A stretch of 64,000 nucleotides of DNA from Schmidtea polychroa (taxonomy: Eukaryota): NCBI GenBank assembly GCA_044892525.1, contig CM097885.1, positions 74,524,001 to 74,588,000 on the forward strand, written 5' to 3'. Numbering within the stretch: the stretch's first letter is position 1; every line of letters starts with the position of its first letter. The notes under the pieces are model-generated. The model did no database searches. It was not told the origin of the DNA and saw only the letters and a program-made list of their open reading frames with translations. Positions 21,233-33,296 of the stretch are shown piece after piece. The position numbers and the translations under genes are program-made.

Positions 21233-21762
21233 CATTACCTGAGTATTAAATATAATCCAGGAAATCAAACCTTTTGGATCTATAATTCATCAAATGAAAG
21301 GATTCGCATGGCATGATTAAATAGGTTTCAGGCTCTGGTAATAATAAGTGATCTGAATAGATTGGAATAAGTGCCCCAGAAAATAAAATTGCATTAAATG
21401 GTAAATGAAAATTTAAATACAAATTTAAACCTGACAATCTAAATTTATTTAACAATACAAACTAAATCAGATGTTCAAAGTTTCTTATAAGCTTTAAAGT
21501 CTCTCGAGCACGGATAGCTGCCATTCCTGAAGGTGTGGGTCTCTGCAGTGAATCTAGACCATAAATTATAATTATAAATATTTCATAAAATAGTTATTAC
21601 CCTTTCGTTATTCATCTCATAATTATAGGTGATAAATAAACCTAGGAACCAAAAGCGAACCGCACATGGTGCCGGCCGCTGGTGAGGTTTTTGTCGCATT
21701 CTTGCTTCTAAAAAAAATAATTTACAAAAATTTCTTCATTTATTTAATATTAAAAATTATAT

Positions 21763-22576
21763 TGTTGGGTTTCTTTAATGTAAGTCGGTACTACGGTCTG
21801 ACTCCTTTGTGTTCTTTTCCAAAATAAATAAATAACCCAACACAAAATCTTTATTAACACTGATGCAGTTACACTTTTACAATTTTTATTAGTTTACTCA
21901 CACTTGATACAATCAGGTTTTGTCTGCACTTTTCAATTTGCCAACAAATCTCACGCAGGGGTAGATCTTCCAACGGGAGAAGTCCCTTTCTGGTACGTTC
22001 GATTTTTAAATGGTTTATTTTCTACTAACTTTAACATTTCCTTTTTCGCTCTCGTCAAAATTCTATTTTCTTTTCTTCGACCACTGGCGCTTTGTTTTCT
22101 TGCCAGTTGCTTTTATACCCACTTGCTAATTGACTTTATTTTTGCCAATTATTTTTGGTCTTATTTCCCACCGGGCTTCCTCTTGGAGGTCTAATTCAAT
22201 TTAAGGGAATTGGCTCATTTTCTTTGACGGCGCTTATTACTTTTTATCCGGCTAAATTAATTGCCTTCCCAAAATTGGATTTCTCAATTCGCTCGGGTTT
22301 CCCATTAGCTCGGGTTCTCCATTAGTTAATTAATTTTTAATTAATTTTTTGTTTTTTGTAATTTATTCCTTTTAGGGACCCCCATTGATTTTATTTTATT
22401 ATAGCTGAACTCGTCTCATTATTTAGCATCCGCCCATACCAGTTTCCCCCAGAAAATATTCATTTTTTAAAATTTTGATTTTTAATTAATATTTTGTACT
22501 TTAAATTTTTATTTTGAATTTGGTGTTTTTGTCAATTTTCACATCATTTTTGTGCCTCTCTTGTTGAACCCCAACA
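21763..22576 (-). repeat. 3' LTR of a second, unrelated LTR family (left-arm copy)
   Basis: Element-sense TGTTGGGGTT...AACCCAACA termini, preceded by PPT AAAGGGGGAGATA (22577-22590). Confidence 0.7.
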
Positions 22577-22676
22577 TATCTCCCCCTTTAATTTAGATTC
22601 GACCTCGAATCTGCATGTATATAATAAGTCCAATTTACCATACAATAATAACAATAATAACAATAATCATAATAAC

Positions 22677-22714
<38 letters not shown>

Positions 22715-24329
22715 TAATAATAACGACAAAATANNNNNNNNNNNNNNNNNNNNNNNNNNNNNNNNNNNNNNNNNNNNNNNNNNNNNNNNNNNNNNNNNNN
22801 NNNNNNNNNNNNNNNNNNNNNNNNNNNNNNNNNNNNNNNNNNNNNNNNNNNNNNNNNNNNNNNCTATTTTCCCTTTTTATGGAAAACTAATTNNNNNNNN
22901 NNNNNNNNNNNNNNNNNNNNNNNNNNNNNNNNNNNNNNNNNNNNNNNNNNNNNNNNNNNNNNNNNNNNNNNNNNNNNNNNNNNNNNNNNNNNNNNNNNNN
23001 NNNNNNNNNNNNNNNNNNNNNNNNNNNNNNAAAATCTATTTTCCCTTTTTATGGAAAACTAATTTAATTTTCCAGTTTAAGAATTGAAATTTCCATTGAC
23101 AAAAGTATACAAAAGTATATTTGATTATAAAATCGACTATCTAAGATAACTAGATAATTCGATTTAGTTTTCCATTTTTATAATTTAATATTTTCTTTTA
23201 GGACGAAAGAAAATTGACGGCGAAAACATCAGTGAGTTTCCCCAAATTGTCTTCTGATTGGCTGCTTTTCCTCTAATAGGTAAGAGATTTTATTATATAA
23301 AGTAATTTATTATATTTTGATTCAATACAAACAGCCGCACTGCCACCACACAAACCCCCAACGAAACAACGGGATATTCAAAAGACGGTGATAAAAATTT
23401 TTGAAAAAACTATAGAAAGTAGAATTAAATTGAGAAAAGAAAATTTAATTTTTATATTTACTAATCAGGATCAACTTTTGAATTTTGAAGAATTTCAAGA
23501 ATTATGTGTTGGTTTATGTGAACTTTTTCTAAGCATAAAATAAAAGGTTTAAACTGAATATAATTAAATATTAGTTATTTATTATTATTTTCATATAAAA
23601 TTTTTTTACATGTTTAGCATACTAATAACTTTTTGGAAGAGAATTATGTGCTTTGATTTCCAGTAATAAACGATGCCAAGATTATGTTAATGGAACACCC
23701 TGCTAAATTTCTGGAAATTTTTAAAAGTTTACTAATCTGTATTCAGAAATTTTTTGTAACTAATGCAATTTATTTGCCGGCCCAGTGCCAAAAATTTATG
23801 GAGAAAAGTTTACAAGTTGTTTTAATGAATTATATACATGTTAATGATTCAGGTTTAATTGAAAGTTACTTTTATTTTTAAAAAGTCCTTAGATTGAACA
23901 TTTTAATATCCACGAGGAAAAGCAAAATTTGTCGCGTTTTCAAAAATTTATTTAGAAATACTTTCGATATTTAAAGAAATTAAAAATTTATTTTAAATTA
24001 ATCAAACGTTTTATTTGATTATTCAGAATTACAAAATTGGATCAATTAAAACAAACTCAATATTTTAGGTAGGTTTTAAAATTTATACAATATTTGTCCA
24101 AATTAAAATTAACTTTTTATTCTTTCCAGTTTATCACAGGTCGTATTTTTATCAATTATAAATAATTATCAACAATTAAATAGTATTTATCCATACATCT
24201 TTCGCCTTTTTTTTTAATTAAAACGTTTTAAAAATATATTTTGGATATTATTAATCTTTGATGCTAAATCAAAATTCTGAATGCTTCATAAATTGTTTAT
24301 CACTATAAAAAATCAAGAAAAAGGAATTT

Positions 24330-24462
24330 AAGTCAAAACAAAGACATGTACCCCCCTAGCAAAAATTTTTATGACTCATACTTTTTCAAAATTGTTCTAA
24401 GTCAAAACAAAGACATGTACCCCCCTAGCAAAAATTTTTATGACTCATACTTTTTCAAAATT
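24330..24462. repeat. 69-bp-period tandem duplication (mirror ~40633-40765)
   Basis: AAGTCAAAACAAAGACATGTACCCCCCTAGC... occurs twice. Confidence 0.85.
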
Positions 24463-24994
24463 TTTCATGAAAAAGGAAGTGAATTAATCACAAATATTCA
24501 AATTCTCGTGGATGAAGCCATGAAAATTTACAGAAGGAATCTGTCGATTTTTCGTGGATCCTCACAAGGAAAACCATAAATGAAAGGAAAATGCATTTAA
24601 AAGCATATTTTATTCCTTATTTGAAAATATGAAGTGGCCACGGGTCATCGTAGCTTTCTTATACATGAAAATTATTTTACAAAGATCGGAAGAGAACTAT
24701 GAAAGATACTTTNNNNNNNNNNNNNNNNNNNNNNNNNNNNNNNNNNNNNNNNNNNNNNNNNNNNNNNNNNNNNNNNNNNNNNNNNNNNNNNNNNNNNNNN
24801 NNNNNNNNNNNNNNNNNNNNNNNNNNNNNNNNNNNNNNNNNNNNNNNNNNNNNNNNNNNNNNAAATGAAATTTCGCCATGGGTATCAGAAAATGAATCCT
24901 GGAATGTCATTAATGAAATTGTTGAAAAACGAAAATCTCAAGACAAGACAAAATTAATTTTAATAATGTTTGGAATGTATTTTATATGTAATTT

Positions 24995-25548
24995 ATATTT
25001 TAGATTTTATTATGTTTTTATAAAATAATAACTGTTTTCCAATTGAAATATGTGATTAGAACAATTTAATAATTATGATATATATATTTTCAAGTAATTT
25101 ATATTTTAGTTTTTATTACGTTTTTATAAAATAATAACTGTTTTCCAATTGAAATATATGATTAGAATATTTTATTTAATAATTATGATATATATATTTT
25201 CAAGTAATTTATATTTTAGTTTTTATTATGTTTTTATAAAATAATAACTGTTTTCCAATTGAAATATGTGATTCGAATAATTTATTTAATAATTATGATA
25301 TATATATATATATTTTAAAGTAATTTATATTTAAAATTTATTATGTTTTTATAAAATAATAACTGTTTTCCAATTGAAATATGTGATTAGAACAATTTAT
25401 TTAATAATTAAGATATATATATTTTCAAGTAATTTATATTTTATTATGTTTTATAAAATAAAATTATTTAAGTTGATAACTATTATGAAATTTATTTTCA
25501 AAAATATTATTAAAATGTAAATTTTTCCAATTGAAATATGTGATTCTG

Positions 25549-25625
<77 letters not shown>

Positions 25626-25774
25626 TCAAGTAATTTATATTTTATTACTTTTTATAAAATAAATAATTCAAAATAATTATCGATTTTTTTTTAAATTATT
25701 TTATTTGGAAAAATTTACATTTTATTATTTTTGAAAATAAATTTCATAATAGTTATCAACTTAAATAATTTTAT
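24995..25774. repeat. ~115-120 bp AT-rich tandem array, then a (TA)n tract flanked by a ~70-bp inverted repeat (mirror ~39325-40105)
   Basis: AATAACTGTTTTCCAATTGAAATATGTGATT recurs about 5 times; (TA)n at ~25556-25622; inverted arms at 25458-25530 and 25706-25774. Confidence 0.8.
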
Positions 25775-26099
25775 TTCATAATTTAAAAAATATAATTTAT
25801 TAGTTGTCATTAAAGATATTGTTATAAATAAGGATGAAAAATATTTTTAAACCTTATATTTTACACAGGTAAATTATACCCTGATTGTTGTCAAAGGACA
25901 GATCATGGGCCTGGTTGTCACGATACTATGGATAATTATTATAGTAAAACTTACTATAATAAAAAATATTACATATGTCCAATATGCATGACTCTAAACG
26001 TAAACGAATATATTGATTTTTATAATCAACATAAAAATCATTTATCCTATTTTAAAAGTAATAAAAAAGAAATTTTTCAACATTAATAAAAACATTTAA

Positions 26100-29000
26100 T
26101 GAAATAGTTAAAACCGATAAAAAAATTATAACAAATTCTGAGGAAACTGAAATTATTGCACCAGAACCTATAGTAATTACTGAGGTTATAATAATTTCTG
26201 ATGACGATGAAAATGTACAAGAAGAAGAAGATGGAGCTGAAGATCACGAGGAAGACCGTAGAGAAGATAGGCCAGAAGATGGAGCTGAAGATGGCGGAGA
26301 AGACCGTAGAGAAGATCGCGAGGAAGATCGTGGAGAAGATCGTGAGGAAGATCGTGGAGAAGATGGAGCTAAAGATGGTGCTGAAGATGGGCCAGAAGAT
26401 GGTGGAGAAGGCCTTGGAGAAGATGGTGAAAATTTACCAGTGATCGAATATGATTTGAATCGATCGCATAGAGTAATAAAATTAAACATTGAAAGATATA
26501 ACATGAATACCATTGAATTACCAGTTCCTATTTTACTTGCATTGAGAAATGCTTTAAACGAACTCGGTCGGTCACGCAAAAATCCAATTTGGGGTTAATG
26601 TGGAATTTATTAAAGATGGAGGCACAAAAACTGCGTGGATTTCAAATAAAGCAACAGAATATTCAGAAACATTCCTTGAGCAAGGTATTAAAAAATTATA
26701 CGAAAAAATAAATGTTCAAACTGTTGAGGGAAGCAGTTGGACTGTGAACAAAGTGTTAGAAATAATTTTCACTGACACAAAATATCATCCAATAAGTAGG
26801 CTAAGCGGACATAGCTACTTGAAGACACCAGTGACTTTAGCTAATAAACATGCTATAGTTAATATTAAAAATACGGATAATTTATGCTTTCTTTATGGCA
26901 TACTTTGTATTAAAAATTTGGATGTAATTCGAACAAATAGGCAACGAGTTGAGAATTATGCAGATTATATGGATCAATTGATGTATGACGAGGAAGATTT
27001 TCCTATGCAGTTATCTAACATAAGGAAATTCGAGCGAATTAATCCAGGACTGGCAATCAATGTTTTCAGTTACACTTGCACAAATGTTTTGAACATCGAT
27101 GAAAATGATGAGGAAACCGTTTTTAAACATCCGAATTTGGATATAATACATCGGACTAAAGTAGAGGGCGTAGCACCGATCTATTTGCTAATGTTGGAAG
27201 AAGGTGAAAAGTTTCACTATACTGCTGTTACTAATCTGCAGCGGTTAATGAATTGTCATGAGAGCGAAGATTGCCCAGTTCGGATTCAGTGCAAATGGTG
27301 CGAAACATATCTGAATGGCTTTAGAAAAGATATGGCTTTTGAAAAACACAAAGCAATTTGCAGCAAAAATATTCTCGGTACTACAATGTACACGATGCCT
27401 CAAAATAAAGATTTGGTATTTAGTGATTGGTCCGAAACAGTCACTCCACCATATGTTATTTACGCTGATTTCGAGGCGATCTTACCCGATGATGAAAGAC
27501 ATCATCAAATTCATTTACCAATAGCAGTGGGGCTGTTGTTGATAAATAATTTCACTGGGGTAAGTGAATACCATCAATTTATTGGGCCGGAATGTATTGT
27601 GGAGTTTTTGGCAAAAAATCGAACAACTGGGGCAGCAAGTAGTTTTGCAATACTATTATAGAAATGCAAGGAAAACAATGACAATGTCAGCAGCAGAACG
27701 GATCGCATATAATAGGGTGCGAGTGTGTTATCTGTGCAATAAAAGAAAATATTTAGTCAGAGATCATGACCATTTTACGGACGAATATTTGGGCGCAGCA
27801 TGCAATGACTGCAATTTATCAAGACAAATAAGATATTTATTACCGGTAGTATTTCATAATCTAAAAGGATATGACTTACACCATATTTTGAAATACGGAC
27901 TCAATGAATTTACACATTAGTCCTTAAATTGTATTCCAACAACAACGGAAAAATTTTTATCATTGATGGTGAGAATAAAAAACTTAACCGTGCGTTTCAT
28001 TGAAAGTTTGCAATTTGTCAATGATTCGTTGGCAAAAGCGGTTAAGTCATTGAGTGGATTACCGCTAACTCGTTCAGTATTTGGTGGAACATTGGTAGAA
28101 ACAAAAGGGATTTTCCCTTATAATCATGCGAAAAGCTTAGAAATTTTGGAAAACACAACAGAATTGCCACCGATTTGGGAAAAAGTAACACAAGAAGAAT
28201 ATCAGAAAGCACTGGAAATTTGGGAAGAAATCGGTTGTCAAAATTTACTGGATTACATGAAAATATATTTGAAGCTGGACGTGTATTTACTGGCCGACGT
28301 ATTCCAGCAGTTTCGAGCAAGATCAATAGCGCAAAATAAATTGGAGCCACTAAATTTCTTTGGTATTCCCGGAATGAGTTGGGCATCGGCACTCATGACG
28401 CTAAGGGAACCCATCGAGCTTTTAGTCGACATCGAAATGTACAATTTTTTCGATGGAGGTATACGTGATGGTCTCACATTTGTGAATAAACACTATGCAG
28501 TGTCGTCAGAAAACACTGAGTTGTTGTATATCGACATCAACAACTTATACGGCTGGGCATTGAGTCAAAAATTGCCATGTAAAAATTTTAAATGGATACT
28601 GGAGGAATCGGATTTGGAATCGATTTTGGAACAATGTGTGAATCAAGATTTAGAAACATTGGATTATGGCTATACCATGGAGGTGGACATGGAAATTCCA
28701 GATGATTTACACGACAAATTCGATGATTTCCCAATCGGTGCAGAGAAGATGAAAGTGAATAAGGTCGAAAAGTTAATGCTAACACATTTACCAAAAACAA
28801 ACTATGTTTTACATTGGCGACTCCTGAAAATGTACATGTCATTGGGTGTACAAGTGGAGAAGATACACCGGGCAATAAAATATGAGCAAAAATGTATCTT
28901 TAAGAACTATATAGATACGAATACACAATTGCGGGCAAATTCAACAAATGCTCTGGATAAAAACTACTACAAGTTATTGAACAATAGCTTGTATGGCAAA

Positions 29001-29766
29001 ACAGTAGAAAATTTAAAGAAGCGGTTGAATCTGAGGCTGTGCAACAAACAATCAAAAATGGAAACTTATGCCTCAGCCCACATTTAGGAGGTCGATCAAA
29101 ATAGCAGATGATCTGATAGCAGCAATATTGAATATGGAAACTGTATGTTTAGATAGGCCAAGTTACATTGGGCAAAGTGTACTTGACTTATCCAAACATA
29201 GAATGTATGAATTGCACTATGTAGAACTGGAGAAGTATAGAAAACAATTCAAATGCAGTGTAGATATTTTAGCCGGGGACACGGATAGTTTTTTCCTGGA
29301 ATGTAAGAATGTGAAGTTGAGAACACAATTACTTCCAGCCATGATTGCCGATAATTTATTGGATACAAGCAATTATGATCCGACAGACCCTTTGTACAAT
29401 CAAAACTTGGATTCAGTTATAGGGAAATTCAAGGATGAAAATAAAGGTAAAAAATATAAAGAAATGATATTTCTAAGACCCAAGTGCTATAGCCTCTTGA
29501 ATGAAGATAATGATACAACAAATAAGGAAAAAGGGGTAAATTTAGAGGATAGTATTATAAATCATCAATCATATGTAGTTTGTTATAATGGTATGGTAAT
29601 ACCGCCAATTCCTCAAAGTAATATAAGCACTAGAAATCATCAGCTTTTCACTATAAAAAATAATAAGGTTGCATTAACAAATACTGATGATAAAAGGGTC
29701 TGGGTTGCTATAAATAAAAGTCATGCATATGGGCATTATGCAGTAAATTGGCGGGCTCCTATTTAA
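26100..29766 (+). pseudogene. polB: Polinton/Maverick-type protein-primed DNA polymerase B with endonuclease VII-like insert; 3 frameshifts and 1 stop
   Basis: YADFE (ExoI), VFHNLKGYD (ExoII), YLKLDV (ExoIII), DINNLY, KLLNNSLYGK, GDTDS, RPKCY; CYLC..VRDHDH..G..CNDCN insert. Shifts at A-runs ~26580 and ~27615 and at ~29075; TAG at 27918-20. Acidic EDR/EDG repeat at 26200-26430. Confidence 0.92.
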
Positions 29767-30103
29767 CAACCAGGTTCACAAGAACTTATATCTAATCGGT
29801 AAAAATTATTAATATTATTATTATTAATTTTGTTTCAGTAGTATCATCAGTTTAAATTTCTCCAGATTATTTCAAACCCGATTATGTGCNNNNNNNNNNN
29901 NNNNNNNNNNNNNNNNNNNNNNNNNNNNNNNNNNNNNNNNNNNNNNNNNNNNNNNNNNNNNNNNNNNNNNNNNNNNNNNNNNNNNNNNNNNNNNNNNNNN
30001 NNNNNNNNNNNNNNNNNNNNNNNNNNNNNNNNNNNNNNNNNNNNNNNNNNNNNNNNNNNNNNNNNNNNNCACCACAGTGCTTTCAATTTGAGAACGAAAA
30101 AAC

Positions 30104-30215
30104 GGTCCTCTTTAGGGCCCCAAATATTGATTGTAAAAAAAAACTTTGAGAATGTGTAACGGTCCTCTTTAGGGCTATAATTTGAGAATGTGTAACAGTC
30201 CTCTTAGGGCTATAA
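30104..30215. repeat. Three imperfect copies of GGTCCTCTTTAGGGC
   Basis: Seen at ~30104, ~30161 and ~30198, partly with a shared TTTGAGAATGTGTAAC prefix. Confidence 0.7.
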
Positions 30216-30597
30216 TTTATGATTGTAAAAAATAAGAAGCATTTATTTAAACTGATAAATAATCAATAGCCCCCAATAAACATTGTTGATACGCACAATT
30301 TAGATGAGTTCCATAAATACAGTGAATATTTTCTGGGATTTCCCGAATGGTTTTTATTGATACAATATTTATCGTAAATTCGGGAAGCTTTTCTTTAGTT
30401 TTTGATACTTTCTTTCATCGATAACATAGAAAATACTTTCATTTTTTATTGTTTTCAAATATTCTTCGCGAAATTACGAATTAATGTAAACACAATGTAT
30501 AGGCTCTAAAATATTATTCACATCCATAATACATAATTCAGTAACAGTATCAAATAGAATATCAATGAAAAAACAAGTCATTTTAAAAAACATTTAT

Positions 30598-30950
30598 TTA
30601 GTAATGTTTATACATTAGCCAAGCAAGACAATGTTGACCACATGTTTGAATCAATGGATGTTGAAACTGAATTTTGTTGTATTCAATAGGACCACCATAT
30701 AAGGTTAGTTTTTTGATCAAGAGAGTAATATAATAGAAACCCATAGGTTCGAAAACATATACTTTATCGGGCTTCTTATAGACTGTAATCCAGTGTTCTC
30801 CACCAAGAGTAGACGAATCAGTGTTGACAATAATGGGTTGTTTTTTTAAATAGGGAATTTTATCTAATGGGTACACTCCAACAAACTTATTTCACAGAAT
30901 TTGATAACCAATTCGATTAACCTGAACAGAATGATTATAATAATAACATT
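30598..30950 (-). pseudogene. Adenain/Ulp1-like cysteine protease of Polinton type; in-frame TGA at 30892-30894
   Basis: *NKFVGVYPLDKIP, IVNTD..GEHW, VFEPMG, QHPLIQTCGQHC (His, acid, Cys catalytic pattern). Confidence 0.8.
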
Positions 30951-31103
30951 AGTTATTAAAAACTTACTCCATGACAAGCTAATTTCTTTCTTTACTTCAT
31001 TTATGATCAATAAAAAAAATGTTTGTTCAAACCAACAATGTGGAAACAAACCTAAAGCGGAAAACATACTATTATATTTTTCAAAACTGGAAAATGTTGA
31101 ATA

Positions 31104-31406
31104 ATGGGTTGTAAAGCTACAATAATTACGAATGATTTGCAGTATAAAAATACAAATATAGTGTTACAATCAATTACCGTTACTATAGATCTGGGAAAAT
31201 GTATTAATTTATACAAATTGAGTAAACAAACCAATTGCATGTTCGAACCAGAATTATTTCCAGCTTTGAGACTTTTACAATATAACCCTTTGTGTGTCAA
31301 TGTGTTTTCGAGTGGAAAAGTTGTTGTGTTAGGGCTTAGAAATTTAGGTTACATCTCATTCGTTGATAATTTAGTAAAGGATATCATAAGATTGGTTGAA
31401 AATTGA
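31104..31406 (+). CDS. Single-repeat (half) TATA-binding-protein-like protein, 100 aa
   Basis: ITVTIDLGKCINL..FEPELFPAL..P..VNVFSSGKVVVLG matches one TBP core repeat (YEPELFPGL..P..LLIFVSGKVVLTG); intronless and intact. Confidence 0.8.
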   Translation: MGCKATIITNDLQYKNTNIVLQSITVTIDLGKCINLYKLSKQTNCMFEPELFPALRLLQYNPLCVNVFSSGKVVVLGLRNLGYISFVDNLVKDIIRLVEN

Positions 31407-31536
31407 TTGGTTGAGAAAAGATACTTAATATGGTTATCAAATACGATAATTCATTTTTTTTCACCATGAATAATCTTACTGAAAATGGTATTTTATAATT
31501 AATTATTTTCAATTTTATCATTTATATTTAGAAAAG

Positions 31537-31833
31537 TTGATGTCGATTTTGTTAATGAAAATGGATGAATTATATCCAAAAATATGTTCAGATCTGATGT
31601 GTTGCGCGCCGGAGATTCTTCCATTTCGAATAAAGATGGCAACAGGAATCAATCTAGTTGAAATCCTACAAAAGCATTTGAATACAATCGACAATGATTT
31701 GCCTATTATTTTGCATCCAGGAGTTTGCGCTTACGAGTGCGATGCATGCATGGATCGTCTTCGCGTTTATCATATTTGGGTGTTACATGCGGAACTACGC
31801 AAATACCACTTCAGTTCCATTGTTGATCTATAA
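31537..31833 (+). CDS. Orphan ~90-98 aa Cys/His-containing protein of the Polinton-like module
   Basis: Intact ORF with higher GC than its flanks (ATG at 31561); HPGVCAYECDAC motif; followed by AATAAA. Confidence 0.5.
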   Translation: MMSILLMKMDELYPKICSDLMCCAPEILPFRIKMATGINLVEILQKHLNTIDNDLPIILHPGVCAYECDACMDRLRVYHIWVLHAELRKYHFSSIVDL

Positions 31834-32069
31834 TAAATGTTTTTATGTTTTGTAATGTTTTATTATTTGTTACATAAATTGTAAATTTAATTAGGTTGAC
31901 AATTTTTATTAGTATTTAGTTATTTTATAATATTAAGAATTTTTATAGTGTAATAAATTGTTTTATATTATTAAACCATGCAACACTTAAATAAGGCAAA
32001 GGCAACACAAATGGCCGACCTTTGTTATAAATAAACAATGCTCTTTTTATTATTCATAATTTGTCAAAT

Positions 32070-32295
32070 GTAATCAACGATTTAAACAAATTATATTATT
32101 ACGTATTCGATAATTAAAACAAAAAATTATATAATCAATGATTTAAACAAATTATATAATCAACGATTTAAACAAATTATATTATTACGTATTCGATAAT
32201 TAAAATAAAAAATTATATAATCAATGATTTAAACAAATTATATAATCAACGATTTAAACAAAATTAAATTATTATGTAATCGATAATTAAAACAA
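32070..32295. repeat. Tandem array built on AATCAA(C/T)GATTTAAACAAATTATAT
   Basis: About 5 copies, some interleaved with TATTACGTATTCGATAATTAAA. Confidence 0.8.
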
Positions 32296-32303
32296 AATTA
32301 TTA

Positions 32304-32612
32304 GTTCTAAAAATATTAGGCATCATTCTAAAATTATTAGGCATCGTTCTAAAAATATGACGTAATCTTTCTAAAAATATGACGTAATCATTCTAAAATT
32401 ATGACGCAATCATTCTAAAAATAAGAGGCACCATTCTAAAAATATTATGCATCATTCTAAAAATATTAGGCATCGTTCTAAAAATATTAGGCATCGATTA
32501 CGTAATAGTTCTAAAAATATTAGGCGTCGTTCTAAAAATATGACGTAATCAATCTAAAAATATTAGGCATCGTTCTAAAAATATTAGGCATCGTTCTAAA
32601 AATGTGATGAAT
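32304..32612. repeat. ~14 x 21-22 bp tandem array with two unit types (TTCTAAAAATATTAGGCATC and TTCTAAAAATATGACGTAATC)
   Basis: Direct inspection; no unique spacers, so not CRISPR-like. Confidence 0.9.
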
Positions 32613-32745
32613 CATCGTATGATAAAAATCTATATCTCATTAGAAAGTTCTTGCACAGAGCTCTAAAGAAACTATCGATTAATATAATATGTTGGCGGGA
32701 ACATTAATCTTTGGGATGAAAAAAAGTGTGAGCCCACTGTGCCAA

Positions 32746-33063
32746 TTAATAATATTTTGACAAATAATAATAATTTAACTTTGAAAAGATGGTGGTCATT
32801 AAATGACGAACATTGAAAAACACTGTATTCGTTACTTGGATATTGTTATTGATTTTCGTAAACAACTTCTTTAAAACTTTAACATCTTCTATTGACAAAG
32901 TTGCCATAAGATGGGGATAAGGAGTTTTGCATAACTTGACAGGATTCGTTAACTTTATTTCCATCGGATCTTTTAGGAAATACATTTTGAAATTATGGAA
33001 AAGTTGCTCTGGTTGTAGAGCAGGTTTCTCAACAATTTTGTTTTCACTTATTTTCTTATTCAT
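32746..33063 (-). CDS. Orphan 105-aa protein, single copy in the spacer
   Basis: ATG-initiated ORF starting 5 bp inside the spacer; its upstream region lies in the right arm. Confidence 0.4.
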   Translation of the reverse strand: MNKKISENKIVEKPALQPEQLFHNFKMYFLKDPMEIKLTNPVKLCKTPYPHLMATLSIEDVKVLKKLFTKINNNIQVTNTVFFNVRHLMTTIFSKLNYYYLSKYY

Positions 33064-33296
33064 TTTGAAATTATGAATAATAAAAAGAGCATTGTTTATT
33101 TATAACAAAGGTCGGCCATTTGTGTTGCCTTTGCCTTATTTAAGTGTTGCATGGTTTAATAATATAAAACAATTTATTACACTATAAAAATTCTTAATAT
33201 TATAAAATAACTAAATACTAATAAAAATTGTCAACCTAATTAAATTTACAATTTATGTAACAAATAATAAAACATTACAAAACATAAAAACATTTA

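Larger units (their letters stand above)
21230..32062 (+). repeat. Left inner arm of giant inverted duplication (mirror of 33068-43896)
   Basis: All ORFs recur in reverse (e.g. 26600-27661 and 37440-38501; 31104-31406 and 33724-34026); few SNPs, homopolymer differences and one 28-bp indel. Confidence 0.95.
32063..33067. other. Unique ~1005-bp spacer at the centre of the inverted duplication
   Basis: Arm identity ends at 32062 and 33068; the sequence between is single-copy. Confidence 0.9.

Noticed and set aside
26201-26579. ORFs 26201-26443 (+, K/M/E-rich) and 26244-26579 (-, Ser-rich) and their mirrors
   Set aside because: Off-frame and antisense readings of the acidic GAAGAT repeat; the coding frame is the EDR/EDG one leading to PolB.
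22615-30159. ORFs spanning N runs or (AAT)n (22615, 24629, 24677, 24697, 24699, 29847-30159 and mirrors)
   Set aside because: Open only because of Ns or simple repeats.
32304-32612. CRISPR array
   Set aside because: Units abut with no unique spacers, there are no cas genes, and the context is eukaryotic.
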